The translations under genes were made by a program, and so were the position numbers. From contig JANWJF010000001.1 of NCBI GenBank assembly GCA_025449535.1, forward strand, positions 613,136 through 677,135: 64,000 bases of DNA, given 5' to 3'. Each line of letters begins with the position of its first letter. The first letter of the stretch is position 1. The stretch comes from Candidatus Saccharimonadia bacterium (GTDB lineage: Bacteria; Patescibacteriota; SICC01). The notes beneath the pieces are model-generated. The model saw nothing but the letters and a program-made list of their open reading frames with translations. It was not told the origin of the DNA and searched no databases. Below are positions 26,954-36,145 of this stretch, one piece after another.

Positions 26954-28153
26954 TCAGTTTCTCTCTAGGATGAATAATTCGTGGATGACCCGCTGCTTCG
27001 CCCGGGCGACGTCGATCGAGTCGCGGTCCGTGAGCTCCGGGAAGGAAAAGCCTTCCGGAAGGGGTCGAATTACAGCGTAACCAAGGCGCTCCGCCTGGTC
27101 AATCGTCGTAATCCGGATCGGCGTGCGGGATCCGGGCGTCCGCCAGGCGGGCAGCGTGAGCACCAGCCGCCGTCCGGACGGCAAGGAATCCGCGGCGCGC
27201 TGGAGGAACTTCCCTACCATCGTCTCGACGAACGTCGCTTCGCGGCCCATGTCTCCCGCCTTGGCGCTCTCGCGTAGCGGCGAGCCGAGGTAGCCTTCCG
27301 TGGCGATGGCCGAGGACGAACCGGCGGGCAGTTCGCCCGTCGCGTCCCGGACGGACACCTCCGATTCGGGCAGCTTGGGATGCCGTTCCCGGAGCCAGGC
27401 CAGGTTCCGCCGGGCCGCGTCGACGGCGTCCGGCGTGATGTCTGATCCGATCGTGCGGTGCCCGAGCAGCAGGGATTCCAGCAGCAGGTTTCCGACGCCG
27501 CAGAACGGGTCGTAGACCGCGAGTCCGGGGTCTCCCTGGGTGGCCAAGTTCACCATCGTCCGGGCCAGCTGGGGCGGCAGCATGCCGCGCTTGGCGTCCG
27601 CGACCGGCTTGTCGTAGTCCCGGGCCCCGAACCCCTCGAAGTCGTAGACCCAGACCGTTCGGCCGACGTGATATCCGTCGTCCGTCCCGAAGACGCCCCA
27701 GTCCGCGCCGGGGCTGATCAGTCCGTTATGCCGGACCTGGACGGCGGACAACTCGCCGTCCTCCGGTCGTCCGGATTTACCCTTCGGCTTGCCGACGGAA
27801 CGCGACCGTACGCCACGCTCCTTGAGGAATCGTTTCACGTGCATCGCCAGCGGGGTCGCTTTGTCGTTCGCGTACGAACTGACGCCGAAGGCGAACTTAC
27901 CCTCCGCCGGCACCGCGGCCGCCGCGGCTTCCAGTCCGGCACGGGCATCGCGGTATACGTCCGGCCGGAGCTCGAACAGCTTCGTGACCGAGCCGAGCCG
28001 CTCCGCGAGCTTCGGCTCGAACCCCGTAAGCTCGGCCGCGTACTTGCCGAGCGGGCGTATCCCGAAGCCGTGCCGTCCGGAGAGGGCGTGCAGCTCCGCC
28101 ACGGAAAGCGCGGGATTCCGGCCGAAGACGGCGGCGTGGGTGACGGAGGCCAT
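26954..28153 (-). CDS. Trm11/UPF0020-like SAM-dependent RNA methyltransferase
   Basis: RD..KP, GMLPPQLAR.MVNL, YDPFCGVG, GSDI, DAT, TEGYLG; start ATG 28153 (the longer ORF overlaps tsaC). Confidence 0.8.
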   Translation of the reverse strand: MASVTHAAVFGRNPALSVAELHALSGRHGFGIRPLGKYAAELTGFEPKLAERLGSVTKLFELRPDVYRDARAGLEAAAAAVPAEGKFAFGVSSYANDKATPLAMHVKRFLKERGVRSRSVGKPKGKSGRPEDGELSAVQVRHNGLISPGADWGVFGTDDGYHVGRTVWVYDFEGFGARDYDKPVADAKRGMLPPQLARTMVNLATQGDPGLAVYDPFCGVGNLLLESLLLGHRTIGSDITPDAVDAARRNLAWLRERHPKLPESEVSVRDATGELPAGSSSAIATEGYLGSPLRESAKAGDMGREATFVETMVGKFLQRAADSLPSGRRLVLTLPAWRTPGSRTPIRITTIDQAERLGYAVIRPLPEGFSFPELTDRDSIDVARAKQRVIHELFILERN

Positions 28154-28183
28154 ATCACCAGCATGGTGCATTAGTATTGGTAT

Positions 28184-28816
28184 GTGAAACGGATCACGCT
28201 CGGCAAGCACAACTTGGAGGAAGCCGTCGCCACGACGGTGGAGTTCTTGATCGAAGGCGGGGTGGTCCTGCTGCCGACCGATACGAGCTATGGCCTGGCG
28301 GCGGACGCGGCCCGGGCAGAGGCGGTCGATGCCGTGAACCGGCTCAAGGGCCGCACCGGTGCCGACAAGGCGGTGTCGGTGATCGTTTCCGGACGCCGGC
28401 AGGCCGAGGCGATCGCGGAGTTCGATCCGGCGGGACTGAAGCTCTGGGAGGCATTCATGCCCGGTCCGCTGACCCTGGTCCTGCCATTGTCCGAAGGTTC
28501 CGGCCTGAAGCACGGCAGCGGTGACACCGTCGGCCTCCGTTACCCGGACCACGACTTCTCGGTGCAAGTCGCGGAACGGTTCGAACGTCCGTACACCGCC
28601 ACCAGTGCCAACCGGTCCGGCCGGCCGCCGGCCTACGAACCCGACGAGTTCCTGGACCAGCTCGGCGTTGACGACCCGTTGCCGCATCTGGTGGTGGACG
28701 CGGGCACCTTGCCTATGCGACCGGTCTCCACGGTGGTGGAAATCCTCAAGACCAAGGCGAAGGTGCTGCGCGAAGGGGCGATTCCCGAAGCGGATATCGA
28801 GGCGGCGCTCGTGTGA
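28184..28816 (+). CDS. tsaC: Threonylcarbamoyl-AMP synthase (Sua5/YrdC)
   Basis: PTDTSYGL, KGR, PGPLT, ATSANRSG, STVV, LREGAI. Confidence 0.93.
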   Translation: MKRITLGKHNLEEAVATTVEFLIEGGVVLLPTDTSYGLAADAARAEAVDAVNRLKGRTGADKAVSVIVSGRRQAEAIAEFDPAGLKLWEAFMPGPLTLVLPLSEGSGLKHGSGDTVGLRYPDHDFSVQVAERFERPYTATSANRSGRPPAYEPDEFLDQLGVDDPLPHLVVDAGTLPMRPVSTVVEILKTKAKVLREGAIPEADIEAALV

Positions 28817-29202
28817 AGACTTACACTTTCAGACTACGATCCGGACAAGATCTTCGTCAGGAGATTCAAAAAACGTTGATAAAGCATGATGTCCGAGCCG
28901 GAGTCGTACTGTCCGGGGTCGGAGGGTTGAGCAAGGCACGTCTGAGACTAGCCGGTGCGCGTCAACATTTCGATGTCCAGGACGAGTTCGAAATAGTATC
29001 AATCACAGGGACCGCGTCGAAGAACGGTTCCCATATTCATCTGGCAATTTCTTTTCCATCCGGTAAGACCTTTGGTGGTCATCTGACCGAGGGTTGCATC
29101 GTCCGCAACACAGCTGAAATCGTGATTGGTGTCGTCGAGGGAACGTATCGTCGCACCCCTGACCCAAGCACCGGCTACGACGAACTCATCGTCGAGGATT
29201 GA
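28813..29202 (+). CDS. PPC/DUF296 domain protein
   Basis: RL..GQDL, FEIVSITGT, HIH, GGHL, TAEIVI, D..TGY.EL; lower GC. Confidence 0.88.
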   Translation: MKTYTFRLRSGQDLRQEIQKTLIKHDVRAGVVLSGVGGLSKARLRLAGARQHFDVQDEFEIVSITGTASKNGSHIHLAISFPSGKTFGGHLTEGCIVRNTAEIVIGVVEGTYRRTPDPSTGYDELIVED

Positions 29203-29227
29203 CCGTTCCGTGCGGTAAGCTGGGTCC

Positions 29228-30463
29228 ATGAGCCCCAAAGGACATGACCCGGAACTCTTTGCTTCAATCGACCGCGAGGCGAAACGCCAACGCGACGGAC
29301 TCGAGTTGATCGCGTCGGAGAATTACGTCTCTAAGGCCGTCCTCGAGGCGACCGGATCGATCCTGGCCAACAAGTACGCCGAGGGATACCCGGGCAAACG
29401 CTACTACGGCGGCTGCCAGTTCGTGGACGAGGTCGAGGAGCTGGCGCGCGAGCGGGCGAAGCAGCTCTTCGGCGTGCAGTATGTGAACGTCCAACCGCAC
29501 TCCGGTTCCCAGGCGAACATGGGCGTCTATCTGGCGCTGCTTGAGCCGGGCGACACGATCATGGGCCAGTCGCTAGCCGAGGGAGGGCACCTGACCCACG
29601 GGTCGCCGGTGAGCTTCTCGGGTAAGTTCTATGACGTCGTTCCCTACGGACTAGATCCGAAGACGGAACTGGTGGATATGGACCGGGTCGCGGAATTGGC
29701 CAAGGAGCGTAAGCCGAAGCTGATCATGTGCGGCTACTCGGCGTATCCGCGGAACCTCGACTGGCGCCAGTTCCGGGAGATCGCCGATTCCGTCGGTGCA
29801 TACCTGGTAGCCGATATCGCGCACATCGCCGGGCTGGTCGCGGCGGGCGACTACCCGGGACCGGTCGGTCACGCGCACGTGATCACCACCACGACCCACA
29901 AGACCCTGCGTGGTCCGAACGGCGGCATGATCATGACGGACGACCCGGAGCTGGCGAAGCGGATTGACAAGGCCGTGTTCCCCGGCATGCAGGGCCGGCC
30001 GTTGATGCACGCCGTCGCCGCCAAGGCGGTCTGCTTCGGCGAGGCGCTGCAACCGGAGTTCAAGGAATACGTGAGGCAGGTGACTAAGAACGCGGCCGCG
30101 CTGGCGGAGCAGCTCATCGCCGACGGGTTCCGGCTGGTGACCGGAGGCACCGACAACCACCTGATGCTGGTGGACCTGCGGCCGTTCGGCGTGACCGGGA
30201 AGGCCGCGGAGGAAGCATTGGACGCGTCGATGATTACGCTCAACAAGAACGCGATCCCGAACGATCCGGAGTCACCGTTCGTCACTAGCGGTGTTCGGAT
30301 CGGGACCCCGGCGGTGACCACCCGCGGGATGAAGGAGTCGGAAATGAAGGAAATCGGAAAACTGATCACGAAGGTGCTGCAGGCGCCGGAAGACGACAAG
30401 ATCCGCAGCGAGGTCCGGAAGACGGTAAAGGGGCTTACCGGCAAGTTCCCGCTGCCAAGCTAG
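29228..30463 (+). CDS. glyA: Serine hydroxymethyltransferase
   Basis: [49 protein letters not shown]. Confidence 0.98.
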   Translation: MSPKGHDPELFASIDREAKRQRDGLELIASENYVSKAVLEATGSILANKYAEGYPGKRYYGGCQFVDEVEELARERAKQLFGVQYVNVQPHSGSQANMGVYLALLEPGDTIMGQSLAEGGHLTHGSPVSFSGKFYDVVPYGLDPKTELVDMDRVAELAKERKPKLIMCGYSAYPRNLDWRQFREIADSVGAYLVADIAHIAGLVAAGDYPGPVGHAHVITTTTHKTLRGPNGGMIMTDDPELAKRIDKAVFPGMQGRPLMHAVAAKAVCFGEALQPEFKEYVRQVTKNAAALAEQLIADGFRLVTGGTDNHLMLVDLRPFGVTGKAAEEALDASMITLNKNAIPNDPESPFVTSGVRIGTPAVTTRGMKESEMKEIGKLITKVLQAPEDDKIRSEVRKTVKGLTGKFPLPS

Positions 30464-30483
30464 CGTGGTACATTCGAGGGGAA

Positions 30484-31116
30484 ATGAAAAAGACATTCGT
30501 GTCGGTCGGTATCCTCGGGTCGCTTCTCTTGGCGAGTCCGGCGATTGCCCAGAGCCAACCTTTCGCTAACCTTCAGCTGGTCTCGCCGGCTCCCGGCAGT
30601 ACGGTGGAAGGTCCGTTCGAGCTCGTGTTGCGCAAGAACGCGCAGTGCCAGGTCGACATCGCGCTGCGCAGCGGCGACGGTAACGGCGGCACGGTAGGAG
30701 GAACCTCAACCTACGCCGGTCAGGGTGAGGTCAGGATCCAAGTCGACCCGGGCAAGCCGCTCGGACCAACCGAAGGCCCGGAAGGCGACCCGAACCTTCT
30801 CCTGGGATCGGGCATGATAAACGTGGCGGTGCTTTCCGGAAACTGCGTTGCCAACACGAACCAGCAGAACGTGCTGGCGAGCTTCACGTACCAACCGCCC
30901 ACCGCCGCGCCGTCCGCGGTTCCTACCCCCACTCCGACCCCGAGCATCACCCCGCATCCCGTGCCCGCGGAGCTGACCACCGGCTGGCTCGAGAACCTTG
31001 ATCCCGCGTTGGTCGTGCTGATCGGCGCGGTAGCCGGCAGCGGCGTGACCGGGCTGGCGGAGTACTCCTGGATCCGTTACCGCCGCCGACATAAGGCCTC
31101 CGGCTTGGTCAAGTAA
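30484..31116 (+). CDS. Hypothetical surface protein (signal peptide, Ig-like region, PT linker, C-terminal TM)
   Basis: Signal peptide, PTPTPTP linker, hydrophobic helix followed by RRRHK. Confidence 0.7.
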   Translation: MKKTFVSVGILGSLLLASPAIAQSQPFANLQLVSPAPGSTVEGPFELVLRKNAQCQVDIALRSGDGNGGTVGGTSTYAGQGEVRIQVDPGKPLGPTEGPEGDPNLLLGSGMINVAVLSGNCVANTNQQNVLASFTYQPPTAAPSAVPTPTPTPSITPHPVPAELTTGWLENLDPALVVLIGAVAGSGVTGLAEYSWIRYRRRHKASGLVK

Positions 31117-31159
31117 GGGATAATCCGGCCGCGCGAGAGGGAGTCGCTACAATAGCGAT

Positions 31160-33388
31160 ATGTCTCCTGAATCGAATCTCCTGGCGGAACTCAATGAGAA
31201 CCAGCGGCAGGCCACCGAGACCGTCGACGGTCCGGTGCTGATCCTGGCCGGCGCGGGCTCGGGCAAGACCCGGGCGTTGACCTACCGCGTGGCACACCTG
31301 ATCTGCGACAAGAGCGTCCCCGCCGCGTCCGTACTGGCGGTGACGTTCACGAACAAGGCCGCCAACGAGATGAAGGAGCGGGTGATGAAGCTGTTGCGCG
31401 CGCAAGTGCCGGAACGGGTGAGCCGGGCGGCCCAGGAACGGCTCGGCCTGCCGGTGATCGGCACGTTCCACTCCGTCTGCGTGCGGATCCTGCGACGGGA
31501 CGGCGCCCAGATCGGCCTGGCGCCGGGGTTCACGATCTACGACGGCCACGACTCGCAGGTGGCGGTGAAGACGGCGATGGACTACCTCGGCGTCTCGCAG
31601 AAGCAGTACAACCCGGGGTTCGTGAAGCACGAGATCTCCGCGGCCAAGAACGAGCTGATTGACGCCGCCAAGTACGGGGAGCTGGCCCAGGGCGAGCCGC
31701 AGACGACGATCGCCGCGGTCTACCGCGAGTACCAGAAGCTGCTCAAGCGGAACGACGCGTTGGACTTCGACGACCTGCTGGTCGAGGTCGTCCGGCTGTT
31801 CTCGACCCGGCCGGAAGTACTCAAGAAGTACCAGGACACCTGGCGGTACGTGATGGTCGACGAGTACCAGGACACGAACCACGTGCAGTACCAGCTGACG
31901 AAGTTGTTGGCGCAGGGGCACGGCAATCTCTGCGTGGTCGGCGACCCGGACCAGGGGATCTACTCCTGGCGGGGCGCGGACATCCGGAACATCCTCGAGT
32001 TCGAGAAGGATTATCCCGAGGCCAAGGTCGTGAAGCTGGAGCGGAACTACCGTTCGACCCAGAACATCCTCGACGCGGCGCAGGCCGTGATCGAGCGGAA
32101 CATCGGCCGGAAGGAGAAGGCGCTGTGGACGGAATCCGGTCCCGGCGAAAAGCTCCAGGTGTTCGAGGCCCGGAACGAACGGGACGAGGCTGACCAGATT
32201 ATCTCGGAGATCCGCCGCCTAAAGGGTCAGGACTATCGCCTGCGCGACGTGGCCGTGCTGTATCGGACGAACGCCCAGTCCCGGGCGGTGGAAGAACGGT
32301 TGATGTCCGCGAACCTGCCGTACCGCGTGGTCGGCGGCGTCCGGTTCTACGAACGCAAGGAGGTCAAGGATGTCCTGGCCTACCTGCGGGCGCTGCATAA
32401 CCCTAACGACACCCTGGCTTGGAAGCGGATTATCAACGTGCCGACCCGCGGGATCGGCGACAAGGCGTTGGCGGTCCTACTGGAGGCCGCGGACCGGGAA
32501 GGGCTTTCGCTGAAAGGCGTCGTCGACCGGGCCGAACAGCTGGAGGACCTGGCGCCGGCCTCGCGCAAGGCGGTCGTCCGGTTCGCCGCCCTCTACGGCA
32601 AGATCCGGAAGTTGGTCGAGGATGGCGCGACGGTCGACGACCTGGTCACGGCGACGCTCAAGGAGACCGGGTATCCGGAGTGGATCGACGATGGGAGCGT
32701 GGAGGCCACGGCCCGGCTGGAGAACCTCAAGGAACTCTCCGGCGCTGCCAAACGGTACGACCACCTGAAAGGCGAGGAGGGATTATCCGTATTCCTCGAG
32801 GACGTCTCGTTGATCACCGACGTGGACCAGTACGACCAGGACGCCGACTCGGTGACGCTGATGACGCTGCACGCGGCCAAGGGACTGGAGTTCCCGGTGG
32901 TGATGATCGTCGGGCTCGAGGAAGGGATCTTCCCGCACTCGCGCAGCCTGATGGACGCCAACGAGATGGAAGAGGAGCGCCGGCTGGCCTACGTCGGCAT
33001 GACCCGCGCGATGAAGCGCCTCTACCTGCTGCATGCCGCCTCGCGGGTGCTCTACGGTACGCCCCAGTCGAACTTGCCCTCGCGGTTCCTGTCGGAGATT
33101 CCCGAGGGGTTGCTTGAGGTCGCCGCACTTTCCACCGCGTCGCGACCCCGGCAGGGCGGCTGGTCGATGGGCCCGTCGAGCACTCCACGGGCCCAGGTGC
33201 CCGACCAACACCCGGCCGACGAATTCAGCCAAGAAGAGGTCTATCTGGAGGCCGGGGACGTCGTGTCGCACCCCAAGTTCGGCAAGGGGACGGTAAGGGA
33301 AGTCACGGACACGATTCTGACCGTCGACTTTGACGGTGAGGAGAAGAAGCTGTCCTCTGCGTTCGCTGGCATGCTGAAGAAGGCCTGA
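31160..33388 (+). CDS. pcrA: ATP-dependent DNA helicase PcrA/UvrD
   Basis: AGAGSGKT, TFTNKAA, VDEYQDTN, VGDPDQ.IY.WRGA, TLHAAKGLEF, EERRL.YVG.TRA. Confidence 0.97.
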   Translation: MSPESNLLAELNENQRQATETVDGPVLILAGAGSGKTRALTYRVAHLICDKSVPAASVLAVTFTNKAANEMKERVMKLLRAQVPERVSRAAQERLGLPVIGTFHSVCVRILRRDGAQIGLAPGFTIYDGHDSQVAVKTAMDYLGVSQKQYNPGFVKHEISAAKNELIDAAKYGELAQGEPQTTIAAVYREYQKLLKRNDALDFDDLLVEVVRLFSTRPEVLKKYQDTWRYVMVDEYQDTNHVQYQLTKLLAQGHGNLCVVGDPDQGIYSWRGADIRNILEFEKDYPEAKVVKLERNYRSTQNILDAAQAVIERNIGRKEKALWTESGPGEKLQVFEARNERDEADQIISEIRRLKGQDYRLRDVAVLYRTNAQSRAVEERLMSANLPYRVVGGVRFYERKEVKDVLAYLRALHNPNDTLAWKRIINVPTRGIGDKALAVLLEAADREGLSLKGVVDRAEQLEDLAPASRKAVVRFAALYGKIRKLVEDGATVDDLVTATLKETGYPEWIDDGSVEATARLENLKELSGAAKRYDHLKGEEGLSVFLEDVSLITDVDQYDQDADSVTLMTLHAAKGLEFPVVMIVGLEEGIFPHSRSLMDANEMEEERRLAYVGMTRAMKRLYLLHAASRVLYGTPQSNLPSRFLSEIPEGLLEVAALSTASRPRQGGWSMGPSSTPRAQVPDQHPADEFSQEEVYLEAGDVVSHPKFGKGTVREVTDTILTVDFDGEEKKLSSAFAGMLKKA

Positions 33389-34182
33389 TGGAACGGATTC
33401 GGGCCAAGAAGTCCCTCGGCCAGCATTGGCTGGCCGACCGGAACGCGGTCGGCAAGGTCGTCGAGGTGGCCGGGCTGTCCGGCCAGGAGACCGTGGTGGA
33501 AGTCGGATCGGGCCCCGGCGTCCTGACGCCGCTATTAGCTGAGCAGGGCAAGCGGGTCATCGCCGTCGAGTTGGACGAAACGTTGGTCCCCAAGCTGGAA
33601 GCGACAGTCGCGGATCGTAGCAACGTCGAGATCCGGCAGGCTGACATCCTTGAAACGGACACCGCTGACTTTCCGGAGCCGTACCATGTCGTCGGTAATG
33701 TACCGTACTACATCACGTCGAAGATCATCCGGCACTTCCTGGAGACGCCGCATCGGCCGGAGTCGATGACGCTGACGATCCAGAAGGAGGTAGCGGAACG
33801 GATCTGCGCGCTGCCGCCGAAGATGAGCGTCCTGGCGGTGTCCGTGCAGCTGTACGGCACGCCCCGGATCGCCGGACGGATCCCAGCCAAGGCGTTCCGG
33901 CCGCCGCCCGAGGTGGACTCGGCGATCCTGCGGATCGAGAACATCGGCAAGGACTTGGACCGGACGCTCGACGGCGTCTCCGAATCCGCCGTCTTCTCGT
34001 TCGTCCGGGCCGGGTTCGCGGAGAAGCGGAAGCAGCTCCACAACACGCTGGCGCATAACCTGGACCTTTCGCATGAGCAGGCCAGCGCGCTGTTGCGGCA
34101 GGCCGGCATCGAGCCCAACCGCCGGGCGGAGACGCTCAGCGTGGAGGAATGGGTGACGTTGGTGCGGCAGGCGACCCGCTAA
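33388..34182 (+). CDS. rsmA: 16S rRNA dimethyladenosine transferase
   Basis: KKSLGQH, EVGSGPG.LT, GNVPYYIT, QKEVAER, F.PPP.VDSA, RRAETLS. Confidence 0.96.
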   Translation: MERIRAKKSLGQHWLADRNAVGKVVEVAGLSGQETVVEVGSGPGVLTPLLAEQGKRVIAVELDETLVPKLEATVADRSNVEIRQADILETDTADFPEPYHVVGNVPYYITSKIIRHFLETPHRPESMTLTIQKEVAERICALPPKMSVLAVSVQLYGTPRIAGRIPAKAFRPPPEVDSAILRIENIGKDLDRTLDGVSESAVFSFVRAGFAEKRKQLHNTLAHNLDLSHEQASALLRQAGIEPNRRAETLSVEEWVTLVRQATR

Positions 34183-34200
34183 GCGTCGTACACTGGGGCC

Positions 34201-34866
34201 ATGCCCGCTACCGAAAGATCGCGATTCGTGTTCGTGCCCGGCTTGGGTGCGGACGGCTCGGTCTACAAACCGTTCCTGGACGCGTTCCGGTCGGACTACG
34301 ACGTGCGCTCGGCGGATTCGGCGCCACGATTCCCGGAACGGTTGTCGTGGAACTTCTTCTTCAGCTCCATCGACCGGCAGGTCGGGACGCGCCCCGTGAC
34401 CCTGGTCGGCCACTCGATGGGCGGCGCCATCGCGCTCAAGTATGCGGCCAGTCATCCGGAACGCGTAGCGCAGGTCATCGCGATCGCTCCCGTGCTCTTT
34501 CCATTCAAGCGGGAACGTCACCGGTTTCGCGAGTCCGCCTGGAACGCTTTCATCGCGACGGTATCCGGTCATATGCTGCATGGAGCTCGGGCCTTACGGA
34601 CGACCCGTCGCTGTCTGTCTGAGGGACGGGCTCGGAAATTATTCGCTTTCACGGACACGATCGACCTCGCTCGGGACCTTCCGAAGCTCCGCCAGGCCGT
34701 CATCCTGTTCCCGGAACATGAGGAGGTCGTTCCCAAAGCGCAACTGGAACGGGTCCGGAAGGAGTTTCCGAACATACGAACGGCGTACATCCCAGGCAGC
34801 CATCATCACGTCGCCCTGGCGCCTAAGTGGGTGATAACGGCCGTCCGGAAGGAGCTTGATGCCTGA
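34201..34866 (+). CDS. Alpha/beta hydrolase
   Basis: VPGLG, GHSMGG nucleophile elbow, C-terminal His. Confidence 0.85.
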   Translation: MPATERSRFVFVPGLGADGSVYKPFLDAFRSDYDVRSADSAPRFPERLSWNFFFSSIDRQVGTRPVTLVGHSMGGAIALKYAASHPERVAQVIAIAPVLFPFKRERHRFRESAWNAFIATVSGHMLHGARALRTTRRCLSEGRARKLFAFTDTIDLARDLPKLRQAVILFPEHEEVVPKAQLERVRKEFPNIRTAYIPGSHHHVALAPKWVITAVRKELDA

Positions 34867-35530
34867 GCCCGGTACTCTCTACGTTGTGGCGACGCCGATC
34901 GGCAACCTCGGCGATATCACCTTCCGGGCGATCGAGACGCTCAAGTCCGTGGCGTTGGTGCTGGCCGAGGATACCCGGACGGCCAAGAAACTCCTGAACC
35001 ACTACGACATCACCACGCCGGTCACGAGCTACCATCAGCACTCGCGGGGTCGGAAGGAAGAGGAGATCCTGCGCGAGTTGGGAGAAGGCCGGGACCTGGC
35101 GCTGATCAGTGAAGCGGGGACGCCGGTGATCGCCGACCCGGGCAACAAGTTGGTCGAGCTCGCGCGGCGACAAGGACACCAAGTGATCCCGATCCCGGGA
35201 GCGGCCGCGGTCACCGCCGCGCTGTCGGCGGTCGGGCTTGGTGGCGACCAGTTCACGTTCCTGGGCTTCCTGCCGCACAAGAAGGGCCGGCAGAAGCGGC
35301 TCGACCAGGTCGCCGGGATGGCCGCGCCGGTGGTGCTCTACGAATCGCCGCACCGGGTCCGGAAACTCCTGGCTGAGCTGGCGGAGCGTTATCCGGACGC
35401 CCAGGTATCCGTGGCCCGGGAAATTACCAAGAAGTTCGAGGACATCCGGGTCGGGACGCCGGGTGAACTGGCGGCGCATTTCGAGGAAACGGCTCCTCGG
35501 GGCGAATTCGTGGTCGTGGTGCGGGTATGA
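34859..35530 (+). CDS. rsmI: 16S rRNA C1402 2'-O-methyltransferase
   Basis: LYVVATPIGNL.DIT.RA, AEDTR, SEAGTP.IADPG, YESPHR, REITK.FE, GEFV. Confidence 0.96.
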   Translation: MPEPGTLYVVATPIGNLGDITFRAIETLKSVALVLAEDTRTAKKLLNHYDITTPVTSYHQHSRGRKEEEILRELGEGRDLALISEAGTPVIADPGNKLVELARRQGHQVIPIPGAAAVTAALSAVGLGGDQFTFLGFLPHKKGRQKRLDQVAGMAAPVVLYESPHRVRKLLAELAERYPDAQVSVAREITKKFEDIRVGTPGELAAHFEETAPRGEFVVVVRV

Positions 35531-36126
35531 AAAGCATCTTATTGGTTTCGGGCGAGCTCGGGGCAGTTCCAGATTTTATTGGCAAGGCCAAGGCTAAAGT
35601 GGCATTCGTGCCGACCGCAGCAGACCTCGACGAGGACAAGTGGTATGTCGAACGGGACCGTGCATTCCTAGCGGAAAATGGTTTTGATATTACGGAAGTC
35701 CAAATCAGCAGAAAACTTTCAGCTCAAGCTATCACCGTTCTGCGGGCAGCCGACGTCTTATATGTTACGGGAGGGAATACGTTCTACCTTCTGAAGATGT
35801 TTCTGGATAATGGGTTATCACAGGTGCTTCCTGAGTTGGTGGAAAATGGGTTGAAGTACATTGGCGCAAGCGCTGGAGCCGTGGTTTTGGGTCCTAGTCT
35901 CGCCCCGATTCAGAAGCTTGATAATCCTTCGGCTGTTACACTCCCATCCTTCGATGGCCTCAGTCTGATAGACTTCGTGCCATTGCCCCACTACACCAAG
36001 GGGAACAAGCTTTACGAGCAGATACTCCAGGAGTTTGAAAAAGATTTCGATTTAGTGCCTTTTACCGACAAGCAGGCGATTGTAGTCTCAAGTGCGGACC
36101 GGCGCGTCGTAACTTCGGCCCAGTAG
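35527..36126 (+). CDS. Peptidase E (S51) family protein
   Basis: FVPTA, YVTGGNTFYLL, G.SAGA, LPHY; AT-rich. Confidence 0.88.
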   Translation: MKSILLVSGELGAVPDFIGKAKAKVAFVPTAADLDEDKWYVERDRAFLAENGFDITEVQISRKLSAQAITVLRAADVLYVTGGNTFYLLKMFLDNGLSQVLPELVENGLKYIGASAGAVVLGPSLAPIQKLDNPSAVTLPSFDGLSLIDFVPLPHYTKGNKLYEQILQEFEKDFDLVPFTDKQAIVVSSADRRVVTSAQ

Positions 36127-36145
36127 TTGCGTACAATAGCTCTGT

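Noticed and set aside
28154-28687. N-terminal extension of the 577-aa methyltransferase ORF
   Set aside because: It is antisense to tsaC; ATG 28153 gives a clean divergent arrangement.
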